A stretch of DNA of 22,219 bases. It comes from Candidatus Methylomirabilales bacterium. GTDB lineage: Bacteria; Methylomirabilota; Methylomirabilia; Methylomirabilales; CSP1-5. The stretch is taken from the NCBI GenBank assembly GCA_046758505.1, contig JBHIAH010000042.1, forward strand, positions 1 through 22,219. The letters are read 5' to 3'. The translations under genes and the position numbers were made by a program. Position 1 is the stretch's first letter. Each line of letters starts with the position of its first letter. Of the stretch, positions 15,398 to 22,219 are shown piece after piece. The notes under the pieces were generated by a model that did not search any database, was not told where the DNA came from, and saw only the letters and a program-made list of their open reading frames with translations.

Positions 15398-16618
15398 GTG
15401 GTGTACCCCAAGCTCAGGTCTGTGGAGGCGTTTCCGACGCAGGTGAACGGGAGACAAGTCGTCTGCCTCCGGGACCCGACTCACTACGCCGAGGCGGTCC
15501 TCTTTATCCCCCTCGCAGCCGTCGACATCCTCCGCCACTTCGACGGTAACCACTCCGTCCTCGACATCCAGGCCGAGTATGTCCGCCGTCGGGGAGAGCT
15601 CCTCTTCCGCGAGCAGGTGGAAGACCTGATCGCCATGCTCGATCAGCACTACTTCCTCGAGAGCGATCGCTTTGCCAACTATCAGGAGGCACTGGACGAA
15701 GGATTTCGGCAAGGGGCAACGCGCCCGGCCTTTCTCGCGGGCAAGTCCTACCCCTCGGAGCCCGTGGAACTTCGTCACACCCTGGACCAGATGCTCCGCC
15801 ATCCCGAAGGTCCGGACGGTGCGGCGGATCCCGTCGAGGATTCCGTCCGGGCGCTGATCGCGCCCCATATCGATTTTATGCGCGGGCAAGTGGGATACGC
15901 CTGGAGCTACCGTGGGCTGGAAGCGAGGACGGATGCCGACCTGTTCGTCATCCTGGGGACGGCCCATGCGGGGACCACGAGACCCTTTGCCGCCTGCACG
16001 AAAGATTTCGAGACACCGCTCGGCCCCGTTCGAACAGACCGCGACATGCTCCACGAACTGAAGCAGCGCTGCCCCACCCTCCTGGCCGTGGACGACACCG
16101 CCCATCGGGCAGAGCACTCCATCGAATTTCAGGTCATCTTCCTCCAGCACCTCCTCGGGGCCACGCGTTCCATCCGCATCCTCCCCATCCTGTGCGGCTC
16201 CTTCCACGACTGGGTCCTCAATGGAACGCCGCCCTCGGATGACCCGGAGGTTCAGAGCTTTCTCGAGACCCTCCGCGCGCTCCTCGAAGCCCGGGGCAGT
16301 CCCGTCTGCCTCATTGCCGGCGCCGATCTGACCCACGTGGGTGCCCGCTTCGGCGATCCCGATCCGATCACGCCTGACTTTCTTCAATGGATTGAGGCCC
16401 AGGACAGACACATGCTCGAACCGGTCGCCGCTGGCGACCCCGACGGGTTCTTTCGCTTTGTGAGCAGAGAGGACGATCGCCGCCGGATCTGCGGCCTCCC
16501 CCCCATCTACACCCTGCTCCACGTGATGAAAAGTCGGCCCGGCCGGCTCCTCCACTACGGCCAGGCGGCCGACCCGCAGGGAGTGGTAAGCTTCTGCAGT
16601 ATGGCCTTCCCCGCCTAG
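15398..16618 (+). CDS. amrB: AmmeMemoRadiSam system protein B (MEMO1 family) with N-terminal extension
   Basis: 'AGKSYP', 'IAPHID', 'FETPLG', 'HRAEHSIEFQ', 'ADLTHVG' and 'ICGLPPIY'. Confidence 0.88.
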   Translation: MVYPKLRSVEAFPTQVNGRQVVCLRDPTHYAEAVLFIPLAAVDILRHFDGNHSVLDIQAEYVRRRGELLFREQVEDLIAMLDQHYFLESDRFANYQEALDEGFRQGATRPAFLAGKSYPSEPVELRHTLDQMLRHPEGPDGAADPVEDSVRALIAPHIDFMRGQVGYAWSYRGLEARTDADLFVILGTAHAGTTRPFAACTKDFETPLGPVRTDRDMLHELKQRCPTLLAVDDTAHRAEHSIEFQVIFLQHLLGATRSIRILPILCGSFHDWVLNGTPPSDDPEVQSFLETLRALLEARGSPVCLIAGADLTHVGARFGDPDPITPDFLQWIEAQDRHMLEPVAAGDPDGFFRFVSREDDRRRICGLPPIYTLLHVMKSRPGRLLHYGQAADPQGVVSFCSMAFPA

Positions 16619-16621
16619 CTA

Positions 16622-16698
16622 AGTTCACCGTTCACAGTTCACGGTTCATGGTTCACGGTAACGTCGAGTTGTTAGCTGATTGGTGTCCGCTATCCGCA
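16622..16698. repeat. Heptamer tandem repeat (GTTCAC/GTTCAT type, about 5 copies) plus CAGC-type units
   Basis: gttcaccgttcacagttcacggttcatggttcacgg ... gctgattggtgtccgctatccgc. Confidence 0.7.
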
Positions 16699-16974
16699 AA
16701 TTATCACAGTCCATCTCTCGGCGGCGAGGGGAAGGCCGACCTCGGGGGAAGGCGAAGCTCGCGCCTCCGTGGAAAAGCCCCGGACCGCGAGACATTGGCG
16801 ATCCCCATCCGAGGTGCCGGGCGCCACCAATCTTCTCGATCACAAGCCTGGCTTCCGTCCCGGTGCGCCAAGCCTAGGAAAGATGAATCCGCTTGAGCTG
16901 TTTCGCCGACGACAAGGAGGCGTTTTCCGAGCCGCACCCAACCGCGTCGCTCACCGGTCAAATATTTTGAGGCA

Positions 16975-17120
16975 GGTCGACAGTCGCCAGTCAGCATAAT
17001 TTCAAGCTGCCAGCAATCAGCGGTCAGCCGTCGGTTGCAGGATCTTCTCGCTGACAGCTGATAGCGGACCCCTGAAAGCGATTCAATTGCTGATAGGTGA
17101 TGGCTGGCTGCGGACAGCGA
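16975..17120. repeat. Inverted CAGC/GCTG heptamer arrays downstream of feoA
   Basis: ccagcaatcagcggtcagccgtcgg ... gctgacagctgatagcggac ... gctgataggtgatggctggctgcggacagc. Confidence 0.65.
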
Positions 17121-17122
17121 TC

Positions 17123-17569
17123 CTACTGGTGGTCGGACAGGACGTAAATTGCCTTGGCAAGGGAATGTTCCAAAGCCAGTTCGGTCTCGTGGATCTTGAT
17201 GATGGTCGCCGGGACGCGTTGGAGCACCGTGAGGCGGACCCCCGGAACCAACCCGTACGCCACCAGGCGCTGTACGTCTCTCTCATGGTCGGAGTCGAAG
17301 CCGACCACACGGGCCTGCGCACCCACCGCCACCTCGCCAAGGACGCACACCGCATCCCCCTCCTTCAGGACACAGGGCCAGGGCGGGACAGCGGGTGCGC
17401 CAGCCTGAGACGCGGCAGTGCCCTCCCCAGGCAGGCTGTGGTACCCGCACCGGGGGCACCGGATCAACTGCAGGCGACAGCCCCGGGTCCAGTGATAGAG
17501 CGGGCAGTTCCGGCAGGCCTGCACCTGGGCCGCTTCATCCAGCGGCGCGCGACACATCGGACATCGCAT
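17123..17569 (-). CDS. feoA: FeoA-domain protein with N-terminal Cys-rich metal-binding domain
   Basis: C-terminal FeoA SH3-like 'RLVAYGLVPGVRLTVLQRVP...ELAL...LAKAIYV'. N-terminal CPMC...CRNC...C...CPRC. Confidence 0.85.
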   Translation of the reverse strand: MRCPMCRAPLDEAAQVQACRNCPLYHWTRGCRLQLIRCPRCGYHSLPGEGTAASQAGAPAVPPWPCVLKEGDAVCVLGEVAVGAQARVVGFDSDHERDVQRLVAYGLVPGVRLTVLQRVPATIIKIHETELALEHSLAKAIYVLSDHQ

Positions 17570-17572
17570 GCG

Positions 17573-19666
17573 CTACCCCCGCAACACGGCGCGGACCAGG
17601 GCGTTCATCAGCGCACCCACCAACACGGCGTAGGGAAGGATAAAAGCTACAATCGCCGTGGCGGTCCTCCAGCCACGCTCCTTCACAATAATCAGGAGAT
17701 TGGCGATGCACGGGACAAACAGCGTGATCACCACCATGCTCACCAGGACCTGAACGGCGTCCAGGCCGCCCGCCTGCTGCAGTTGATACAACCCGGCGGC
17801 GCCATAGTCCCGGCGGAAGAAGCCCATGACGAAGGCGGTTGCCGCTTGCGCGGGCAGACCCAACAGGCCCTCCACCACCGGGCGCGCCAGGGCCTGAAAG
17901 GCCATCAGAACCCCGGTCTTATCGAGCGCAAACAGCGCCACGGTCCCCAGCACGAAGAGCGGCACCACCTCCGTGACATACCAGACCAGCCGCAACCGGG
18001 TCTTGGCGACGATGTTCCTCCACGCCGGCCAGCGGAGCGGCGGCAGCTCCATGATGAACGGAGAAGTCTCCCCTGGCAACAGGAGGGCGGCCAGGCGGCC
18101 GACGATGAAGAGCTGTAAGCCCACGCTCCCCAGTACACCGACTAAAACCCAAGGTGACACCGCCGCCGACATCGCCAACAGCACCGCCAGTTGCGCCGAA
18201 CAGGGGACACCGAGAGCTAAGAGGAGCGTGGCGATCACCCGCTCCTTCCGCGTTTCCAAGGCGCGCGTCGTCATCGTCGCCATGGTGTCACAGCCGAGCC
18301 CCAGGATCATGGGCAGCACCGCCTGGCCGCTCAGGCCCATCCCGCGGAAGACCCGATGGGCCATGACGGTGAGGCGCGGGAAGTAGCCCGAGTCCTCCAA
18401 GAAGCCAAAGGCCAGGAAGAAGGTCGTGACAATGGGCAAAATCAGGGCTACCGAATACGTCAACGCCATGGTAAGGACACCGTATTGCCCCACGAGTAGC
18501 TCCTGCAACAACGGGACGGGCACGTAGCGCCCGGTCAGGGCGACAAGCGCGGGGTTGATGTACCGGCCGAAGGCTATCCGCTCCAGCCAGTCCACCAGGA
18601 CCTGGGCACCCAGGTTTCCGACGAACTCGTACATTCCGATGAGCACGGCGACCAAAATGAGCGTGCCCCACAGGGGGTGCACCGTCCAACGGCCTAGGCA
18701 CTCGCGCCAGTGGAAACCCGATCCGCCGACGACGTTCGCCGTGCCTGTCCGATCTTCCCTCCGGCGGACTGGGCTTTCCCTCAGAACTCGAGCGACGACC
18801 TGCTGTCGCGAAAGGGTCATCCTGTAGGAGGGCCGGGGGGTCTGAGCATGAACTGCCGCGGAGAGACGCTTGATCCTCTCCCTTCCGTCCGGGGACAGAT
18901 CCAAGTTTCCCAACAGGCCTGGAAGATCCTGGGGCGGCAGGGCCAAGAACAAGGTAGCCAGGCCAGGCGCGTGGATTCGGGTGCGGCTGTTTCCGCCGAG
19001 CACCTCCGCGCCGCCCTGACAGCAAGGAGCTTTTCGCCCTTCCACGTCACGTCCTGTCAAGCCGCAGCCCTGCACGACCCCTGCCAGCGCGTGAATGGTT
19101 GGCCCCAGCTCCGGGCCATAGTCCGCCTCGAGCCGCGGCATTCGCGCCTGCGACACCGCCTCGCGCAAGGCCTCCACGCCCTCCCCCGTCGTTGCCACGG
19201 TCTCCACCACGGGAACCCCCAACTGCCGGGCCAGGTCCACCATGGAGTAGTCGAGGCCCCGGGCGCGGCGCTCATCGGCTAGATTCAAGTCGAGGACCAC
19301 CGGCAGACCCAGCTCCGCCAGCTGAATGAAGAGGAGTAAGGACCGCTCGAGGTTCTTTGCATCCGCCACCTGAAGCACGACGTCCACACCGCCAAAGAGC
19401 AGGAGGTCGCGCGTCACCTGCTCGGCCTCCGCGGAGGAAGCCAGATCCACCACGCCAGGGGTGTCCAGCACCTGCCAGGTTTGATCACCGATCCGGGCCG
19501 TACCCCGAAATAATTCCACCGTGGTGCCCGGGTAGTTGGAGCAACTCACATAGTGGCCCGTCAGCCGGAAGAAGATCAGGCTCTTGCCGACGTTCGGCTG
19601 ACCGACCAAGGCCAGAGTTTTCGTCGCCGTCTCTGGAACGTTACGCGTTTCCACAAGGCCGCCCAT
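17573..19666 (-). CDS. feoB: Ferrous iron transport protein B
   Basis: G1 GQPNVGKS, 'NYPGTTV', DTPG, 'LEDSGYFPRL', 'LGLGC', 'VPCSAQL', 'FIMELPP' and 'LFVPCIA'. Start probably ATG 19666 or GTG 19654. Confidence 0.95.
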   Translation of the reverse strand: MGGLVETRNVPETATKTLALVGQPNVGKSLIFFRLTGHYVSCSNYPGTTVELFRGTARIGDQTWQVLDTPGVVDLASSAEAEQVTRDLLLFGGVDVVLQVADAKNLERSLLLFIQLAELGLPVVLDLNLADERRARGLDYSMVDLARQLGVPVVETVATTGEGVEALREAVSQARMPRLEADYGPELGPTIHALAGVVQGCGLTGRDVEGRKAPCCQGGAEVLGGNSRTRIHAPGLATLFLALPPQDLPGLLGNLDLSPDGRERIKRLSAAVHAQTPRPSYRMTLSRQQVVARVLRESPVRRREDRTGTANVVGGSGFHWRECLGRWTVHPLWGTLILVAVLIGMYEFVGNLGAQVLVDWLERIAFGRYINPALVALTGRYVPVPLLQELLVGQYGVLTMALTYSVALILPIVTTFFLAFGFLEDSGYFPRLTVMAHRVFRGMGLSGQAVLPMILGLGCDTMATMTTRALETRKERVIATLLLALGVPCSAQLAVLLAMSAAVSPWVLVGVLGSVGLQLFIVGRLAALLLPGETSPFIMELPPLRWPAWRNIVAKTRLRLVWYVTEVVPLFVLGTVALFALDKTGVLMAFQALARPVVEGLLGLPAQAATAFVMGFFRRDYGAAGLYQLQQAGGLDAVQVLVSMVVITLFVPCIANLLIIVKERGWRTATAIVAFILPYAVLVGALMNALVRAVLRG

Positions 19667-19752
19667 TCTCACGTTTATCCAGTACGCACTCGAACTATCC
19701 TGCGGGTAGCACTGCCTCCAAAGTAAATTGCTAAGCCAATCCATAGCCCATC

Positions 19753-19769
19753 AGTAAGGCTGCCTTATT
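19753..19769. promoter_or_regulatory. Palindromic operator upstream of feoB (possibly a DtxR/MntR-family metal-regulator box)
   Basis: TAAGGC-T-GCCTTA is a perfect dyad (19755-19767) in an AT-rich region about 90 nt upstream of feoB. Confidence 0.5.
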
Positions 19770-19899
19770 ACAAAATGTAAACGCGCCAATTCCCTACGAC
19801 AATGACGTGTGTTAACAAGCAGCATGATCCTCATCATGTCCTAGAATTAACGAGGATCCTACGGTATTGATGGCATGTGGTGGGTTGTGAGAGGTGATT

Positions 19900-20103
19900 G
19901 CTGGTTGGTGGTTCACAGGTAACGAAATTCACAATCCGAAAGTCGAAATTGGACATGCCCAGGGTTCATCGGTGTGGGTCCTCTGCCAGCAGTCAGGGAA
20001 GGAATGGAGATTCAGGGGCTCGAGTTGACTGTTTCCTGACCGACAGGCGGCTTTTGCCGTAAACCATGAACCCTTCCAGCGGTCATCGGTCATCGGTCGT
20101 CGG
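19900..20103. repeat. Heptamer arrays and nested inverted repeat downstream of thrC
   Basis: cgaaattcacaatccgaaagtcgaaat. AGGGTTCATCGGT (19961-19973) pairs with ACCATGAACCCT (20063-20074), with inner GTCAGGGA/TTCCTGAC. Also cggtcatcggtcatcggtcgtcgg. Confidence 0.6.
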
Positions 20104-21319
20104 CCCCGAAGGATTCTTCCAGGGCGGCAAGGTCGGGTGGAATGGCGGCAGGGAGGGTGAGATCTGTTGGGGGCTGCTTCAGGCCGTGGCCGGTAAGCGC
20201 CGCCACAACCAGGTGGCCCGGTTCGATACACCCGTCTTGCGCCAGGCGAATCGCCGCCCCTACCGAGATCGCCCCCGCCGGCTCGGCAAAGATCCCGGCC
20301 TCTCTCGCGACGAGACGTTGGCTTCTCTCGATCTCCGCCTCTGACAGGGCCACCGCCACCCCGCCCGACTCCCGAACCGCCCGAAGGGCCCGCCATGCCA
20401 TGGTGGAGGGACTTCCCACCCTGATGCTCTCGGCAATGGTTTGACCTGGCTCGACCGGCCGGATCTCGTCAAGTCCTGCTTGAAACGCTTGAACAATGGG
20501 AGCGCACGCTGCCGCTTGCGCCACCACGATCCTCGGGAGCCGGTCGATCCATCCGAGTCGGTACAGTTCGTTGAAGCCCTTCCAGCAGGCGGCTGCCCCC
20601 GTCCCCCCTGCCGTCGGATGGATCACCCAATCCGGCACGCGGCCATCGAGGTCCGCCCAGATCTCATAGGCGTAGCTTTTCTTCCCCTCATTCCGAAAGG
20701 GGTTGGACGAGAGGCAGTTGTACCACCCGAACGCCTTAAGGGCCTGGCCATAGAGGCGCGCCGTCTCGTCGTAGTCCGCCCGCACCCGGACAATTCGCGC
20801 ACCATAGGATGCGGCCTGGACTATCTTTTCGGGGGCCGTCGCCTCCGGAACGAATACGACGCTCTGCAGACCCGCCCGGGCGGCATAAGCGGCCACCGAG
20901 GCCGCCGCGTTGCCGGTCGAGGCGACCGCGACGACCTTTCGCCCCTCCTCCATCGCGCGAGAGATCCCCACGGCATTGGAACGATCCTTGAGCGAACCGG
21001 TCGGGAGCAGGGTGTCGTTTTTCAGGTAGAGCTCGGCTCCGCCAACCTCTCTTCGGAGTCTTTCAGCCAGCAAGAGCGGTGTTCCACCCTCGCCGAGGGT
21101 CACGATGCTCTCCTCCTGCTCGATCGGGAGAAACTCCCGCCACCGCCAGATGCTCCTTTCGCAACGACCCAAGAAATAATCGGGGCCTTTCTCCTTCACA
21201 TCACTCAGGTCCAGCACCACCTCAAGTGTATAGTGACACTGCTGGCACCGAGGCTCCGTGATCCCGATCGGGTAGCCCTTCATGCACTTCGGACACTTGA
21301 GGCCCAGTACCTTCCCCAC
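20090..21319 (-). CDS. thrC: Threonine synthase (PLP-dependent)
   Basis: N-terminal CxxC..CxxC, 'TLGEGGTPL', 'PTGSLKDR', 'ASTGNAAASVAAYAARAG', 'EPAGA' and 'TGHGLK'. GTG start at 21319 after AGGGAG. Confidence 0.88.
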   Translation of the reverse strand: MGKVLGLKCPKCMKGYPIGITEPRCQQCHYTLEVVLDLSDVKEKGPDYFLGRCERSIWRWREFLPIEQEESIVTLGEGGTPLLLAERLRREVGGAELYLKNDTLLPTGSLKDRSNAVGISRAMEEGRKVVAVASTGNAAASVAAYAARAGLQSVVFVPEATAPEKIVQAASYGARIVRVRADYDETARLYGQALKAFGWYNCLSSNPFRNEGKKSYAYEIWADLDGRVPDWVIHPTAGGTGAAACWKGFNELYRLGWIDRLPRIVVAQAAACAPIVQAFQAGLDEIRPVEPGQTIAESIRVGSPSTMAWRALRAVRESGGVAVALSEAEIERSQRLVAREAGIFAEPAGAISVGAAIRLAQDGCIEPGHLVVAALTGHGLKQPPTDLTLPAAIPPDLAALEESFGADDR

Positions 21320-21417
21320 ACCAGACTCCCTTGAGCGTTTAGATGTGCCCCGAACGAAAACATCAAGCCCGACGCCTCTCCCACAGGGGCGACGGGCCAT
21401 GAAGGACACGCCAAAGG

Positions 21418-21903
21418 TCATTGAGGCTTACGGGGGTACCGTCGCAGGATGGCGATGGAGATGACCAGGACGAGAATCAAAAGAGTGAGCAGCCCGAGCT
21501 CGAGCATCGCGTTTCTGAAGGCACCCGGATCAGTCCGGGTGAACTCGGCCGCTTCCGGGGTCAGGATCAGGATGCGTCGGACCGAGGCAATCAGGGCGAC
21601 GATGAGAAACGGCTCCATCACCAGGGTATGTTCCCGGACGGCGAGTCGAATGGTGTACAGGATCTCGACCAGCATGAGGATGAGGAGGAGGCTGTCCAGG
21701 ATCTCGATCGAGTGTGATCGCAGGTTGCCGACCTTGGTGGCCTCGAGAAAGATCCCGGCCGTGGAGACGAGCAGGAAGACCGCCGTGGCCGCCAGCAACC
21801 CTCCGGCGAGCAGATAGATCGCATCCTCGCCCAATCCGAGCCAGCGAAAGAACTGATCACGCGTCTCGTAGATCTTGGACTGCAGGTCCCCCTTTTCCTC
21901 CAT
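21418..21903 (-). CDS. Phosphate-starvation-inducible PsiE family membrane protein
   Basis: Four TM segments with 'LLLILMLVEILYT', 'EPFLIVALIASVRRIL'. GGAGGTGA RBS upstream. Confidence 0.88.
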   Translation of the reverse strand: MEEKGDLQSKIYETRDQFFRWLGLGEDAIYLLAGGLLAATAVFLLVSTAGIFLEATKVGNLRSHSIEILDSLLLILMLVEILYTIRLAVREHTLVMEPFLIVALIASVRRILILTPEAAEFTRTDPGAFRNAMLELGLLTLLILVLVISIAILRRYPRKPQ

Positions 21904-21949
21904 GGCTCATCACCTCCGGACAGATTCTAGTGCCCCTCCAACTACTGAG

Positions 21950-22065
21950 CGATGACCGTTGACCGACGAAGCGGTTCAGGGTTCATGGTTGATGGTTTAA
22001 GAATGGGAATCTGGGTTCTTGCTATGAACCATGAACTGGGTCATCGGCTAATGGTCGTCGGTCCA
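21950..22065. repeat. Inverted GGTTCAT/ATGAACC and GACCGAT-type heptamer arrays
   Basis: gatgaccgttgaccgacga, ggttcagggttcatggttgatggtt ... tatgaaccatgaac, gtcatcggctaatggtcgtcggtc. Confidence 0.6.
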
Positions 22066-22098
22066 CACTGAGTACCGGGGGCCCGCCCCCCTAGCGGA

Positions 22099-22147
22099 AG
22101 TGCCGCACCAGTGCAGAATGCTAGTGAGAAATAGTTGGTGCGGCACT
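22099..22147. repeat. Perfect 12-bp inverted repeat (REP/MITE-like or terminator)
   Basis: AGTGCCGCACCA (22099-22110) and TGGTGCGGCACT (22136-22147). CTAG occurs at 22091, 22121 and 22146. Confidence 0.55.
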
Positions 22148-22219
22148 AGTGATCCGCCGTGTCGTGCACGGAGAACTTCGACGGCATCGTCGCGTACAGA
22201 TAGACAAAGTACCCGCAGG
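22146..22219 (-). CDS. 3' end of an unidentified gene entering from the right edge
   Basis: One frame reads ...CGYFVYLYATMPSKFSVHDTADH-TAG with GC-rich third positions. The stop abuts the inverted repeat. Confidence 0.4.
   Translation of the reverse strand, partial: CGYFVYLYATMPSKFSVHDTADH

Noticed and set aside
12491..18118. Long antisense ORFs 12491-13996, 15242-16555 and 17087-18118
   Set aside because: Opposite-strand shadows of mnmG, amrB and feoA/feoB.
1..22219. CRISPR array, tRNA/rRNA genes, transposase, integrase or reverse transcriptase
   Set aside because: No regularly spaced 23-47 bp direct repeats, no cloverleaf with T-loop and CCA, and no catalytic motifs of these enzymes found in the translations.

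Overview
GC-rich bacterial chromosomal window. The gene set and abundant degenerate 7-bp intergenic repeats suggest a Methylomirabilota/NC10-like organism, which is an inference only. Recognisable genes: 5' part of a sodium:solute symporter, DUF302 protein, three hypothetical envelope genes, class I fructose-bisphosphate aldolase, RNase Z-like MBL hydrolase, ThDP-dependent decarboxylase, NUDIX hydrolase, tenA, DRG-like TGS GTPase, mnmG, TIGR01212 radical SAM protein, AmmeMemoRadiSam protein B, feoB followed by a Cys-rich feoA, thrC and a PsiE-family gene. The ORF track misses two signals. (1) A ~580-nt intergenic segment (about 5925-6515) folds on the + strand into a long closing rod (23-bp and 22-bp end-to-end helices) enclosing several branched domains. 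It matches no RNA family I recognise and is a candidate large structured ncRNA. (2) An ArsC/Spx-like gene at 7496-7861 has an in-frame UGA in a U-P-T-C redox motif followed by a SECIS-like hairpin, so it is a probable selenoprotein. A divergent gene may also carry an in-frame UGA. All RNA structures were paired by eye, not computed.
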